From a virus: a DNA stretch of 64,000 nucleotides. Below, piece after piece: positions 40,568 to 51,428 of this stretch. Where the stretch lies: the IMG/VR virus record IMGVR_UViG_3300028591_000123, positions 32,001 to 96,000 of that record, one strand, 5' to 3'. The notes below the pieces were generated by a model. That model was not told where the DNA came from. It was given only the letters and a program-made list of their open reading frames with translations, and did not search any database. How positions within the stretch are numbered: position 1 is the first letter of the stretch; every line of letters starts with the position of its first letter. The position numbers and the translations under genes were made by a program.

Positions 40568-42457
40568 TTATATTACAATTACACCTAAATCAATATCTCT
40601 TAAAGCTCCAACAGGCACAATCTTGGTTCTGATAACAATCTTGGATTCTCTGATAAGAGTACCTTTGTCATCGAATCTTACCATTGCTGCTGAGGATACA
40701 TCTACATCCCATGGGGTGAGGCCGTATTCTTCGATAGAGATTAATGATTTATCGGTTTCGGTGATGTTTCTTAATTCATTTGATAATGCGGTTCTGAGGG
40801 TAGCTTTTAAGTCCTCAGTTAAGTTCTGACCTTGGTAAGGCTTGCAGATTGTAATGAGTCTTTTCTCTACGTGAGCCACGATTGACATGATGGACTCGTG
40901 GGATAAGACATCGGAACTGGAGGTGGTTACTCCTTCTACAAAGGTTACTTTACCATATTCTTTCTTGAAGATGATACATCCAGCTTGGTTCATTTCAATC
41001 ATGGTGTTTCTGAGAGCGTTCATGTCCATGTTGTAATCGAATGGAATGATGTCTTTTACACCATTGAGAACTTTCTTGTCTTCTCCACCAAAGATTGCGT
41101 ACTGGTATGCGAGGTGAGAACGGATACCGGTGTATAATTGTACACATTGCCATGGTTCGAGGTAGGTTGCTTGGGAGTATTCGTCTTCTTTGAATACTAC
41201 ACCTTGACCGATGTAGATGATGTATGGGTCGTTGTATGCTTCTGCTTCGCTCATTGCCTGAATGTATGCTCCGGCAGAGCCGTATGGGGTTTGTTTGTTT
41301 TTAACACCCGTGTTGAAGTCTTTTCCAGAACTTTCTGGGATGAATCCGGTGATACCGAATCTGATTCTTGCAACATCTTCTTCGTTCATACTGTTGACGT
41401 GGGTTACCATTACATCGTGTGGTATTGGAGATCTGGATAATACTGATACTCCGAGAACATCTTCTCCCTCTAATTCTCTGAATGCTTTTTCAAATACTTT
41501 CTTCTGACCTGCTGCGGCTGCTGCTTTAGCGTCGTCATCGATGTCGGTTGCTTGGGATGGAACGAGAGTTCCGTCAGCTCCTACATCCATGTAGGTTGCC
41601 TCAGCGGTTTCGGTATGGGATTTTTGTTCAAATACTTCGGTGTAATCGTCTTCGGTTTTTCCATCTTCAAAGGTGGTTACTGCATCGCTGTTGGAAGTTT
41701 TGGTTGTTCCGTTTGCATCGACAAAGAATGAGTTTGAACCGGAACTGTCTTCAAGGATGCTGGTTGTGAGCACATATTTTTTAGGAGTGTATGATTCATA
41801 AGTGTAGGTGACAGTAGGTTCTCCTGCTTCGGAAGTTTGCACTTTACCATTAGAACCTCCAGTTAACACACCGTCTCCTGGTTCTGAGGTGATTTCAAAG
41901 TAACCTTTGAGCTTGTTGTCGGTAGCGGTTACTAAATAATCCTGACCATCATTCTTTTCGGCGGTTAAACCATCGTCAACGATTTCAAGGTAATCTCCAG
42001 CCATGGTTTGGATACGGTCGAATACGTTTCCTAATGAACTGATACCTTTATAGGTTTTTTCTCCTAATTCAGGGACTTTGAGGATTAATCTGTATCCATC
42101 ATAATCTGGATCTTTCTTGATTAATACTTTGGTGTCTTCTATTGGTTTTCCTTTACTGGTTCTTCTTATGGTGTAACTTCCTGCTTCTTCAAATGTGTAT
42201 TGGATAGAGTTGTACTCCATACCATCATATTGTACTCTGACAATAAGCAGTCCTTTTGGATTTTGGTCGAAATGAGGTCCAAAATCTACTCCGAAGATAT
42301 CTTTTGCTTCACCATTGGAACGAACGAAAGTAGGGGTGAGAATAGGTCCCTTGGTCGCTTCAATGACATATGCGAAAAGATATTCGGAGTTTCTAACAAC
42401 ATCTAAATTTCCAGCAGTTACGTCTAATAATCTAAATGTAGGTATTTTAACAACCAT
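40568..42457 (-). CDS. Tail sheath protein
   Basis: 629 aa; C-terminal EMNQAGCIIFKKEYGKVTFVEGVTT...IMSIVAHVEKRL...KIVPVGALRDIDLGVIV sheath motif. Confidence 0.85.
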   Translation of the reverse strand: MVVKIPTFRLLDVTAGNLDVVRNSEYLFAYVIEATKGPILTPTFVRSNGEAKDIFGVDFGPHFDQNPKGLLIVRVQYDGMEYNSIQYTFEEAGSYTIRRTSKGKPIEDTKVLIKKDPDYDGYRLILKVPELGEKTYKGISSLGNVFDRIQTMAGDYLEIVDDGLTAEKNDGQDYLVTATDNKLKGYFEITSEPGDGVLTGGSNGKVQTSEAGEPTVTYTYESYTPKKYVLTTSILEDSSGSNSFFVDANGTTKTSNSDAVTTFEDGKTEDDYTEVFEQKSHTETAEATYMDVGADGTLVPSQATDIDDDAKAAAAAGQKKVFEKAFRELEGEDVLGVSVLSRSPIPHDVMVTHVNSMNEEDVARIRFGITGFIPESSGKDFNTGVKNKQTPYGSAGAYIQAMSEAEAYNDPYIIYIGQGVVFKEDEYSQATYLEPWQCVQLYTGIRSHLAYQYAIFGGEDKKVLNGVKDIIPFDYNMDMNALRNTMIEMNQAGCIIFKKEYGKVTFVEGVTTSSSDVLSHESIMSIVAHVEKRLITICKPYQGQNLTEDLKATLRTALSNELRNITETDKSLISIEEYGLTPWDVDVSSAAMVRFDDKGTLIRESKIVIRTKIVPVGALRDIDLGVIVI

Positions 42458-42469
42458 TATTTTTTCTCC

Positions 42470-42655
42470 TTATTTTAGTTTTTCGAACTCTTCTTTAGAG
42501 AGCTTGTCATTAATATCAATATTATTTATTATATATTTTAATTTTAATTCCGCAAATGTATATCCATACATTTCCTTGATATCACCAAAAGTGTATCTTT
42601 TTGGCTCAATCTTTTTTGCTTTTGCTTTTGTTTTTGTTTTTCTAGTTCTCGCCAT
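42470..42655 (-). CDS. Small basic hypothetical protein
   Basis: 61 aa, GGAGA RBS, in operon. Confidence 0.6.
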   Translation of the reverse strand: MARTRKTKTKAKAKKIEPKRYTFGDIKEMYGYTFAELKLKYIINNIDINDKLSKEEFEKLK

Positions 42656-43403
42656 TGAGCATCACTTTGTTTAGTTTTGGAATCTTGCTTCTTTGATTTT
42701 TCAATCCAAACAAGACTTCTATATCAAATGACAACCTTTCAACCTCGTTGTTTTGCAATTCGCTGAGATTCTTGGCTGAGGATATTTCATAATAAACTAT
42801 TCCCCTGTTTAATAATGAATCATGATTGCTTAACAATCTGCCTTGGGTTATCACTGCTATCTTGATCTTTGTTAAATCCAAATCGGTTTTCACATATAAG
42901 GCTTCATCATTGACAAAAAAGCTGTCATCTGTCAAATCATCTAAAGACTGGGTTCTTGTGAGCTGTTTCTCATCAACAGTTATGTAGTATATGTCATTAA
43001 AGAGATCTCCGATCCCATAGCTTATGTTCTTGTAATGGTCATCTTCTACTTCAAAGTATTCATTATAATCAAACGTGTATATTTCGAGATTGAAGAACTC
43101 GTACATTCTGATTCTCAATACTTCATATATCTTATTGACAAGGCTCAGTTCCCTGGCATATATATCGATCTGGAATTTCCCGACACGATAATCCACGTAT
43201 TCCCTTAAACAATGATTGGTCCATCTATTCACATGATATTCATCCTGTTGGATGAATGGTGAAACGCGAATCTCGGGATAAACTGTTGTATCATCCTTGT
43301 TTAGAAAGATTGGAATTGACAGGGTTGGTGAAAAAGGCAATGCGTATCCTTGTTCTGTTTCATCCCCGAGAACCTCCAATATTGTTTTTATGGCGATATT
43401 CAT
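42642..43403 (-). CDS. Putative tail terminator/completion protein
   Basis: Position before sheath; YPEIRV...FQIDIYA pattern. Confidence 0.6.
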   Translation of the reverse strand: MNIAIKTILEVLGDETEQGYALPFSPTLSIPIFLNKDDTTVYPEIRVSPFIQQDEYHVNRWTNHCLREYVDYRVGKFQIDIYARELSLVNKIYEVLRIRMYEFFNLEIYTFDYNEYFEVEDDHYKNISYGIGDLFNDIYYITVDEKQLTRTQSLDDLTDDSFFVNDEALYVKTDLDLTKIKIAVITQGRLLSNHDSLLNRGIVYYEISSAKNLSELQNNEVERLSFDIEVLFGLKNQRSKIPKLNKVMLNGEN

Positions 43404-43406
43404 TCA

Positions 43407-43907
43407 TTATCCCCTTTTATGGTATTTCACGTGACCTTGGTAGTTTCTTGTTTTTGTTCTTGTTGATAAGTTACTTTTTGATGGTGTTGAAATGTTGTTC
43501 TTCAATGTCGTCCTGCCTTTTGTGAAAGCGTTAAGCTTTTCTTCCATAGCTTTCTGGGCGGCTATTGGTCCCATTTCGGATAACATTGGACGCATGAATG
43601 GTTTGGCTGTTGATTTGATTGTTCCATATTCGACATATGGAGCATAATTGTCTCCTTTTGAATTATGAGCCGTCGCGTTCCATGTGATTCTTTCATTATT
43701 GCGGGATGAATATGTTTTAAATGAAATGCCCTTCAATAATTGCTGAGTCTTCACGCTTCCATTCTGACGAAGATGATTCTGAGCCTTCTGAACCCCTGTC
43801 TGACCTATGTCATTAAGGGTGGCGGCGGAGATTTCCTGTTCCTCCATTAATTGGATTCTTCTCATGACATCTTGCAATTCAGAATCATCTATAACTAATT
43901 CAAACAT
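43407..43907 (-). CDS. HK97 gp10-like neck/tail component
   Basis: VKTQQLLKGI...YAPYVEYGT...AKPFMRP. Confidence 0.8.
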   Translation of the reverse strand: MFELVIDDSELQDVMRRIQLMEEQEISAATLNDIGQTGVQKAQNHLRQNGSVKTQQLLKGISFKTYSSRNNERITWNATAHNSKGDNYAPYVEYGTIKSTAKPFMRPMLSEMGPIAAQKAMEEKLNAFTKGRTTLKNNISTPSKSNLSTRTKTRNYQGHVKYHKRG

Positions 43908-44280
43908 TTTTCTTTTCCAGTATTAATCTTAATTGAATATGGTCTCTTGAGTGCTCAAGAAACAGGTTTGGATTATATTCTCTGATTTTCAAAATCAGAG
44001 TCTCGTGCGGTCTTTCATATTTTATTCTGTAATCATTCACATTCGCCGTGTTGATTATGAAATCAGGTATGAAATAACCTGTATATAAGGGTTCGGATTC
44101 TGTTCCTTTCTCGGCGATTTCGGTATCTTGGTCTCTTTGAATTACCCCTTGAAGTTCCTGGATTTCTCCAAAAATCTTCTTTGAGAAACCAAATTCATCC
44201 TTCTCCCCATAAGTTTGCCCCATAAGAGTTATACGCTCATCTGGGCGATTCACATAAGTCATTATATGTTTAAAAGACAT
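43900..44280 (-). CDS. Putative head closure protein
   Basis: Start MSFKHIM; synteny between adaptor and gp10-like gene. Confidence 0.55.
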   Translation of the reverse strand: MSFKHIMTYVNRPDERITLMGQTYGEKDEFGFSKKIFGEIQELQGVIQRDQDTEIAEKGTESEPLYTGYFIPDFIINTANVNDYRIKYERPHETLILKIREYNPNLFLEHSRDHIQLRLILEKKNV

Positions 44281-44698
44281 GATGCTTCCAACCTGGATGT
44301 GCTGATAAACCACGTCTTCTAAATACAAGGACATTATTAACATCAGCAAAACTATTTGTTAAATTCTCTAAAGCATTATCGTATCTACTGCACCAACTTG
44401 GGACTCCTCTTTTTTCAATATCGTTAATATCATCAAATTCCTCGCTCGTATCACCGACTTTATAAGCGGTAAGCCCTGAGAAAATCTTGGGGTCAAGTTG
44501 AATGAGATGACACGCAATCTTGCTTAACAAGGCTTCATCGAACAATGGTGAATTAAGCAATTCCTCATCATTCGGATCCTTCCCTATTTTCGCGGCAATC
44601 TGAAGAGTGAACAGGTTTATGTATCTTTCAAGCTCATCATCTGAGCATTCCTCCACAGACAACCTCAACAATCCTCGAATGTCATCTACTGTAAACAT
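44270..44698 (-). CDS. Putative head-tail adaptor
   Basis: MFTVDDIRGLL...SDDELERYI helical pattern typical of gp6/gp15 connectors. Confidence 0.65.
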   Translation of the reverse strand: MFTVDDIRGLLRLSVEECSDDELERYINLFTLQIAAKIGKDPNDEELLNSPLFDEALLSKIACHLIQLDPKIFSGLTAYKVGDTSEEFDDINDIEKRGVPSWCSRYDNALENLTNSFADVNNVLVFRRRGLSAHPGWKHHVF

Positions 44699-44699
44699 C

Positions 44700-45146
44700 T
44701 TAATCAACTACTATTAATTTATCATTATATAATGATGAGACCTGTCTCGGTCTTATATTATTATCAATATTGTTATCTAACATGTCATATGTCATGCGTT
44801 CAGGATGTTGTTTCGGAAGATTTCTTTCAAGCTCCTGTCTTCTCTGAACCTGTTCCTGTGATTCTATGAAACCAAGGGCGTCAAGCTCGTTGAATTGTTC
44901 AGGAGTCACTTCCAGTATCTCTCCCGCATGAACCGTTAATAATGTTGGCAATCCTTCAATCATTGGTACATTAACAACAACCTCTGTTCCATGTTCAACC
45001 TTGACGGTCTTCTTTGTCAAGAAAGCCGTATAGGTTCTGCTTGCAGACCATAATGGTCTGAAGGTTAATTTTATGTTTTCTGATTTCTTTTTGGATGTTG
45101 TCTTTTTAGTGGTTGTTGTTTTTTTACTTGTTGCTTTACGTGCCAT
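44700..45146 (-). CDS. Hypothetical head-associated protein
   Basis: 148 aa, K/T-rich N-terminus, downstream of capsid gene. Confidence 0.55.
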   Translation of the reverse strand: MARKATSKKTTTTKKTTSKKKSENIKLTFRPLWSASRTYTAFLTKKTVKVEHGTEVVVNVPMIEGLPTLLTVHAGEILEVTPEQFNELDALGFIESQEQVQRRQELERNLPKQHPERMTYDMLDNNIDNNIRPRQVSSLYNDKLIVVD

Positions 45147-45197
45147 TTTTTCTCACCTCATCATCTTAGAAAGTAAAAAATTATATATCCTTAGGGA

Positions 45198-46088
45198 TTA
45201 GTTTTTAGTAATCTTGTAAAGACATTCCGGACGTACACATACAGGTTGTTCATCATGTCTGATATCTACAATGTCAGAGATGTGTTCGTAATCCCTGTAA
45301 GCGGTAATGGTAGGTTCTTGGTCTTCGTTTAACCAGAGAGCTTCCTTAGTGGTGTCCATTAAAATAATGTCATCTTCTAACTCGTTAACGAGGAAGATTG
45401 GTAATCCGTTGATGGTTTGTCCTGTTGGGCCGTTGAGTGGGCTTCTGGTTGAGGAAGGACTGATTTTGCCTTCTAACAGGATTCTTTCAAATATTTCTGG
45501 AACATATTTGAAGTTAGGGTCGTTTTGCAAGTCAACGAATGAGGAATAGGACATGAAAATCATGCTTGGTTGAATGTCATCAGTACCGTATCCGGTGGTG
45601 GTGAGTATCATTGTTTTGGTTGCTGCTCTGATGGTGTCTACGGTTAAGGAACCAGTATAACTCATGGAGTTCTGAGGAGCTGCTTTGAAAACTTGAACCA
45701 TGTCGAGTCTTTCTTTTTTGAGCATCCTTTCCATTGCTCTGGTCATTTTTCTGGATTCGTAGCCTGGGTCGTCAGCGTTGATTTTCCTATCGTCATCATC
45801 GATCTTGTAACCGGTTGCGTTTCTGTGCAGGAATACGGTGAACATTTTTTCTACGTCCTCTGCACGAGGAACCTCTGCATTACCTGCGATTTGTACAGCT
45901 ACACCTTCATCTTTTTGGATTCTATAGGATTTGGATAATACTCCTCTCATTGGTTTAGAGACGAAGAATTGTCTTAAATCGGATTCATCTTCTAAGTATT
46001 TGATGATTTCCGGAGCAACTGTGGTGTTGTTTCTGTATCTTCCGCCTGATGTTTGCGGACTGTGAGTGAAGTGTTCTAAATCTTTCAT
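45198..46088 (-). CDS. Major capsid protein (HK97 fold)
   Basis: 296 aa; VAVQIAGNAEVP, ATGYKIDDDD, MERMLKKERLD, INGLPIFLVNEL, DEQPVCVRPECL follow HK97 MCP layout. Confidence 0.8.
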   Translation of the reverse strand: MKDLEHFTHSPQTSGGRYRNNTTVAPEIIKYLEDESDLRQFFVSKPMRGVLSKSYRIQKDEGVAVQIAGNAEVPRAEDVEKMFTVFLHRNATGYKIDDDDRKINADDPGYESRKMTRAMERMLKKERLDMVQVFKAAPQNSMSYTGSLTVDTIRAATKTMILTTTGYGTDDIQPSMIFMSYSSFVDLQNDPNFKYVPEIFERILLEGKISPSSTRSPLNGPTGQTINGLPIFLVNELEDDIILMDTTKEALWLNEDQEPTITAYRDYEHISDIVDIRHDEQPVCVRPECLYKITKN

Positions 46089-46102
46089 CTTTAACTCTCT
46101 CC

Positions 46103-46597
46103 TTATAATGCTTTAATGAATGCTCTAAAGACTTCTCCATCTTGGGCGTTTTCGTAAGAACGTCCTACAGCATTAGCGATGTTCGTGGTTTTCTTGAAAG
46201 TTCCGTCATCACCGAGGCAGATGAGATCTCCCTCTTTGATAGCGCCTTCTGCGATTACAGGAATGATTCCGTTTCTTTCCACGGTCATAACATCTCCTTG
46301 TTTGAAGTTGTGGGATTGATACCATTCGAGAACAGGACTGCCTGAGTCCAGTTTAATGTTTGCGTGTGGTGAGGTGTCGTCTCCAACTACTCCAAGGAAT
46401 TTAGCTTCATTACCGGTTTGGCTGATAACTGCCCAAGTACCTTTGGTTCTTGAGTCTTCTTCAGGAAAAGTATCAGCTAACATTAATCCCTTATATTTTG
46501 TTCTGTGGAAGCCGTCTGCTCCCGCGTTTACTTCGATTACTGCCGCAAGGTCAGTTGCTGCTCTTGCGGTAAGAATTTGTCCTGAACTTTCTATCAT
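46103..46597 (-). CDS. Capsid decoration/cement protein
   Basis: FLGVV...GIIPVIAEGAIKEGDLI...AVGRSYENAQDGEVF; located between protease and MCP. Confidence 0.65.
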   Translation of the reverse strand: MIESSGQILTARAATDLAAVIEVNAGADGFHRTKYKGLMLADTFPEEDSRTKGTWAVISQTGNEAKFLGVVGDDTSPHANIKLDSGSPVLEWYQSHNFKQGDVMTVERNGIIPVIAEGAIKEGDLICLGDDGTFKKTTNIANAVGRSYENAQDGEVFRAFIKAL

Positions 46598-46609
46598 ATT
46601 CTTCTCTCC

Positions 46610-47701
46610 TTATTTGTTAAGTCTCATAGAGAGTTTTTCAAGAGGACTAGCTTCTTCAAACTCTTTATTATCTTCATAATGTGCGTGAGCTTCTTTAACA
46701 TTTTTGATATTTGCTGGTTGGTTTTGTTTTGCGATATTACCAAAGATTTCTAAATATCTGTTTAAAGTAGCTTCGCTAAATTCTTTAATTTCCTCTTCGG
46801 ATAATCCGGCACCGACTTGTTCGGATAATTCGGTTACCTTGTCTCTGAGCTCGGATAATTCAGCTTCCTTAATTTCGCTCATTTTGGATTGTAATTCATC
46901 ATAAGAAGAGGATAATTCATCATACTTCTCTTGAAGTTCTTTCAAGTCGTTTTTAACTTTAAGCATTTCTTCTACTTTATCAGAAAACTTAGCATCATGC
47001 TCTTCTTTTAACTCACTTAATTGAGTCTCATATGAATCTTTGACAGATTGAAGTTCTGCTTTGTGAGCTTCGGCAGCATCCGCTAATTTTTCGGATAACG
47101 CAGCGTATTTTTCTTCCAAATTAGTCATATTTTTATTCTCCTTCTTAAATTCGATTGATTTAACTAAATCATCACTAAATAATTCCTCTGAAAAACCAGT
47201 TACTGTGGCGTTTGCGTCAGCAGGAATAGATACAATAGATAACTCATGCACTTTAACATTCTGAGCGTCTATAAAGAAACCATCATCCCATACCCAATGA
47301 GGACATTCCTTGACGTTTTCACCACAAATTCCACATACAGGGTCGTAACTGAAACCAATTGATGTGGAATCCACGATTCCTTTGTCAATCTTCCTGATGA
47401 GATCGGTTTCCTCTGCATCAATGCTTGCTTCATAATAAGTGCCGTACTTGTTGATTTCTGGGTCCATCTTGGTTTCTGTGTAATGAACCCTGCCAACTGC
47501 TGAATCGACAGAATTATTATGATCTTTTAAAAGAATAGCTCCTTTAAGTGAGTTTGTTGCATTAGTTATTTCATCATCATTAATCCTAATATATTCATGA
47601 TATTGTCCCGGATGAATAGCGAAACCACGAATCATCCTGTCTCCTTTATCATTGACAGAATAGGATAAATTGTTTTCATTCAAGGTTATTTTTTCTGTCA
47701 T
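46610..47701 (-). CDS. Prohead protease with C-terminal scaffold
   Basis: IRGFAIH...LKDHNNSVDSAVG...STSIGF...HELSIVSIPADANA, followed by a long coiled coil. Confidence 0.9.
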   Translation of the reverse strand: MTEKITLNENNLSYSVNDKGDRMIRGFAIHPGQYHEYIRINDDEITNATNSLKGAILLKDHNNSVDSAVGRVHYTETKMDPEINKYGTYYEASIDAEETDLIRKIDKGIVDSTSIGFSYDPVCGICGENVKECPHWVWDDGFFIDAQNVKVHELSIVSIPADANATVTGFSEELFSDDLVKSIEFKKENKNMTNLEEKYAALSEKLADAAEAHKAELQSVKDSYETQLSELKEEHDAKFSDKVEEMLKVKNDLKELQEKYDELSSSYDELQSKMSEIKEAELSELRDKVTELSEQVGAGLSEEEIKEFSEATLNRYLEIFGNIAKQNQPANIKNVKEAHAHYEDNKEFEEASPLEKLSMRLNK

Positions 47702-47772
47702 ACAGTCAACCTCATAAAAATAAAATTTTTATTATAATTATTCTTTAATTTTGGCTTTTATATAAATATTAG

Positions 47773-48441
47773 TTATATCATCTTGTATTTCATAAATCCG
47801 GAGTGTTTTTGCTTTATTATATTCTTATACCCCGTAAATGATTTTGCGATTTTGTGTGGAGTGATTCTCAAACGTTTTGATATCTGATAATGATTATTCA
47901 GTCGGTCAAATATCTGCGCTGAACTTAACCATCCTTTATTTAAAAATAAGACGTATTGTGCATAAGAGTAAACCTCTTCGTATGAAGATAACAGAGGCTT
48001 CTTTTGATTTAATAAACCATATGTCTTTAATTTATAATTTAAAACATTATTAGATATATCAAACTCTTTTAAAGTGGAAGTTTTTCCATTTTTTAAATAA
48101 TGAAAGAATATGTCTTCATTATAAAGAAGCGGATTGAAAAACCTTGACTTCAATCCAGATCCGTCCGTAAAAAGATTATACCCATTAGCGGCCATGTATG
48201 TCTTATTTTCATTGATAAGATTAATGCATTTCAGAGTGATTTCTTCCGGATCATCAGATTCAGTTATGATTTCAAAAACAGGATCATATTTATAATCATT
48301 ATAAACACATTGAAGAAGCTTGTTGAAATGTATATTTTTTTTTAAAAATTCATCATGGAGCGAGAGCTGGTTATGAAAATCTCGCGTTCTGCCATAATAT
48401 ATTCTGCCATCCTTATTTGTGATTGAATATAATGTATACAT
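47773..48441 (-). CDS. GIY-YIG-like protein, probably catalytically degenerate
   Basis: LYSITNKDGRIYYGRT...H...GYN; expected catalytic Arg and Glu positions read Q and C. Confidence 0.6.
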   Translation of the reverse strand: MYTLYSITNKDGRIYYGRTRDFHNQLSLHDEFLKKNIHFNKLLQCVYNDYKYDPVFEIITESDDPEEITLKCINLINENKTYMAANGYNLFTDGSGLKSRFFNPLLYNEDIFFHYLKNGKTSTLKEFDISNNVLNYKLKTYGLLNQKKPLLSSYEEVYSYAQYVLFLNKGWLSSAQIFDRLNNHYQISKRLRITPHKIAKSFTGYKNIIKQKHSGFMKYKMI

Positions 48442-48520
48442 TTAAATTATTCCTGAAAATCTCTTTTTGAATCCCATTTTCATTTTTCTTATTTTACATT
48501 CCTTGCATTTACAATCGCAT

Positions 48521-49786
48521 TCATCCTTTTGTTCCGTCCGGATCTCGTCCGTCTTTGTTTTTTGGGGTTGTTTTGTTGTATGGGTCATTTGAGTTATCTC
48601 CTGTGTCTATTTTCAATGTTTGGGCTATGTAATAATTTTCCAGCTCCTCTGTGACTCCTGGGGCTTGTCCTCTGAATCCGAGTGTCGCTCTGACTTCGCT
48701 TAATGTTATAGCTCCAAGTTCGAATGCGGTTTTCAACCATAAGATTGAATCTGATTGAAGCTCCGCTGAGGCTACTCCGAAATTAAGGTAAATATTATGG
48801 AAATCTTCTCCCTGAATGTATCCGTTTCTTTCAAGATATGGTATGTATATTTCTCTAACTATGAAATCGTTGAGTATGGCCTTGTATCCGTTTATCTCTT
48901 CATAATAGATTCCAACCTGAACCTTGATCGCGCTTAAGTTGTCAGCCGGACCACCAAGAAGAGCTTGTGGAATTGTAAGCATTCCGAGATCGGTTCTTGC
49001 TTCCTTGAGTATGTCAACAAGATGAGCTGCTGTTTCGGAAAACTCGACAAGTGTTGGAGTAACTCTTGCGTCAGTTACGATATCGTCTCCGACATCCAAT
49101 TGTTTCCATAATTCGTTCTTGATCTTCTCAATGAACGCGTCCTCATCTGTCATCTGAAGCTCTGACACATCAACCAGCCATAAAAGGATTGGGTCTGAAT
49201 ATTGATCAAGAATTTGAGCAAGAGCCAGGTTATCATTCAAGTACTGATGTATGGTGTCAAGGGTGTGGTTCATTATTGAATTTCCAAATATCTCACCCAT
49301 TGGGGGATCATTCGCCAAGATCGCCAAATCTTCCAATGGCAGAAACACAATTTCTCCCTTATATGTGTAATCAAATCCAAGAAGCTCCCCAAGATGCTCG
49401 TGGTCTGTGCTTATCTTCGGACTCAGCAGTCTCATATCTATCAGGAAGATTTCCTCTTCAATGTTGCCTTTGTAAACTATGGTTGTACCATAAAGAAAAT
49501 AATATTTCATTATTTCAGTCAGCAATGTTCTATCTATAAGCCTGTCGAGATTCTTCAAAACCTTCTCGATTTCAATTATTCGATCTCCATCTTCATCTTC
49601 GACTCTTATATTATAAAATGGTGGCACAATAGATGATACATATTTTCTGATAATCTTATTCATTATTGTTCTTTCGTATAATCCATCAAGGATTTGATAA
49701 GTTAAATCACTATAATGAGCGTATTTGTCGTATACCCTGAATCCTCTCGTGTATACTTTTTTTATATTTTCTACTTTCTTTGCCAT
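48521..49786 (-). CDS. Portal protein
   Basis: 421 aa after terminase; YYFLYGTTIVY, FGNSIMN, LGMLTIPQALLGG, ITLSEVRATLG. Confidence 0.85.
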   Translation of the reverse strand: MAKKVENIKKVYTRGFRVYDKYAHYSDLTYQILDGLYERTIMNKIIRKYVSSIVPPFYNIRVEDEDGDRIIEIEKVLKNLDRLIDRTLLTEIMKYYFLYGTTIVYKGNIEEEIFLIDMRLLSPKISTDHEHLGELLGFDYTYKGEIVFLPLEDLAILANDPPMGEIFGNSIMNHTLDTIHQYLNDNLALAQILDQYSDPILLWLVDVSELQMTDEDAFIEKIKNELWKQLDVGDDIVTDARVTPTLVEFSETAAHLVDILKEARTDLGMLTIPQALLGGPADNLSAIKVQVGIYYEEINGYKAILNDFIVREIYIPYLERNGYIQGEDFHNIYLNFGVASAELQSDSILWLKTAFELGAITLSEVRATLGFRGQAPGVTEELENYYIAQTLKIDTGDNSNDPYNKTTPKNKDGRDPDGTKG

Positions 49787-51393
49787 GAATATCGGCCTCT
49801 ATTCTGTCTTGAGTTTTTCATTGTGTATGGGGTATCCCTTGTCTGGGTCCGGTTGCTTCCAAATGTTTTTCTGCCGAGTGATGATACAATATTCTTATTT
49901 GTTCCGAACAGCATTCTTTGATTAAGCACTTGGTTTATTGAATAGTTGCAAAGATTAAAACTATCTATGAAATCATCAGATATTCCTTTTTCATAAACAA
50001 TTCTTCCTTGTTCTGTCTCGGTTCTGTTGTATCCATCCATTTCTCTTAAAAGAACCTTATGTGGGTAGAAACGCAGCAGCCCGCTTTCCAAGTTAGCCAC
50101 GGCACCCTCGGCTAATGTGATTTTTGACGGCTGTGAGAATATGACTCCATCGACCACGTATTTCTTGAAACCCTCCATATCCTCGTAAATCGCATTTCCT
50201 ACCCCTGTCTTGTCAATGCTGAGGTATTTAAAGTTTGGAAATTTTGTAGGTAGAACATTTTTCAAATAATGAAGTATATCCTTGTATCTTGTTCCTAATT
50301 CCCAGCTTTTGTAGTGTTGGATATTCCATAGGTCGGGTTTTTCCATAAGAGCTATTGTCAAGACCGTATTGTTTCTCTGTTTTCCTATATCTATGCCTCC
50401 AACAGCTATTTGTCGGCTGAAGAATGTTTTTGGAGGGTCGAGTATACCTTGTTTCTCAATAAGGCCCTGATAATATACTATTGTGCTTGCATCAAGGAAT
50501 TCAAGTTCGAATTCCCTTTGGAATTTCTGAAGACCTATTGATTCCTTAATTGTTTCCAAGTCTTCAATGGATACCCTGGGGCTTCTTGATAATAATACAT
50601 TGCCGTCTTCATCTGTTTCGGTGATTTTGAACTGATGAAGAGAGAATCTGCCTGATGGATTTTGAACCTGCATAAATTTATCATTATACCATTCTGTAAT
50701 ATATTTGGCATTTGACACAGCTTCATAGAATGTTCCTGATCTTTGTCTTGGAGTTCCCGCATATATTATCTGCATCTGTTTTCTCTGTCCAACAGCTGCC
50801 GGCAGGATTGTTCCGAGGGTTTCATCCCCAATGGATTGCAATTCGTCCGCATAAAGGACATCAGGTGAAGATCCTACTACTGATGAGTCTTCTTTTTTTC
50901 CTGATGAGCCGCCAGCGGTGAAGAAGCTAACTCTTGATCTGTTCGCGAGTTTCTTCTCCATCTTGTTGTCAACTGTTACTGATGATCTTATCATTGGAGA
51001 CCTGTCTATCAAATCTCCGAATACATTTGCAAACTCTTTTGACTGTTTAAGAGACGGGGCTAATACGATGATATTGAAGTCTGTATTGAAAAATAATTTA
51101 TGCAGAATATCAACACTTAACGCCACACTCTTCCCGCTTCTTCTTGATGCAAAAAACACTCTGAATGGTGTCTTATCATCTACGAAATATCTCTGTTGTG
51201 GCTCAAGATTAAGTGGTCTTCCATCTTTGCCTATCAGAAAACTTTTAGCAAAAAAACTAGGATACTCCTTTGATTTCTTAAGTATCTGCTTAATTTTACC
51301 TGATTCTGGTTGATTTCTCATAATTATCCTTTTCGCAAGTTTTAAACAATTAATAATCGTTTCTTTTGTTATATAAAACTTCCTATTAATCAT
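49771..51393 (-). CDS. terL: Terminase large subunit
   Basis: Walker A ASRRSGKS, Walker B LYADE, YAGTP coupling motif, nuclease GIDIG and DDFIDS. Confidence 0.92.
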   Translation of the reverse strand: MINRKFYITKETIINCLKLAKRIIMRNQPESGKIKQILKKSKEYPSFFAKSFLIGKDGRPLNLEPQQRYFVDDKTPFRVFFASRRSGKSVALSVDILHKLFFNTDFNIIVLAPSLKQSKEFANVFGDLIDRSPMIRSSVTVDNKMEKKLANRSRVSFFTAGGSSGKKEDSSVVGSSPDVLYADELQSIGDETLGTILPAAVGQRKQMQIIYAGTPRQRSGTFYEAVSNAKYITEWYNDKFMQVQNPSGRFSLHQFKITETDEDGNVLLSRSPRVSIEDLETIKESIGLQKFQREFELEFLDASTIVYYQGLIEKQGILDPPKTFFSRQIAVGGIDIGKQRNNTVLTIALMEKPDLWNIQHYKSWELGTRYKDILHYLKNVLPTKFPNFKYLSIDKTGVGNAIYEDMEGFKKYVVDGVIFSQPSKITLAEGAVANLESGLLRFYPHKVLLREMDGYNRTETEQGRIVYEKGISDDFIDSFNLCNYSINQVLNQRMLFGTNKNIVSSLGRKTFGSNRTQTRDTPYTMKNSRQNRGRYSWQRK

Positions 51394-51428
51394 TAATTAT
51401 AAATATTTAAACAATATAAATATTAATT

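Noticed and set aside
1086-50921. Numerous + strand ORFs in the track (and - strand ORFs after 51800 other than DUF2828)
   Set aside because: They are antisense or alternate-frame shadows of longer motif-bearing genes and lack RBS or recognisable domains.
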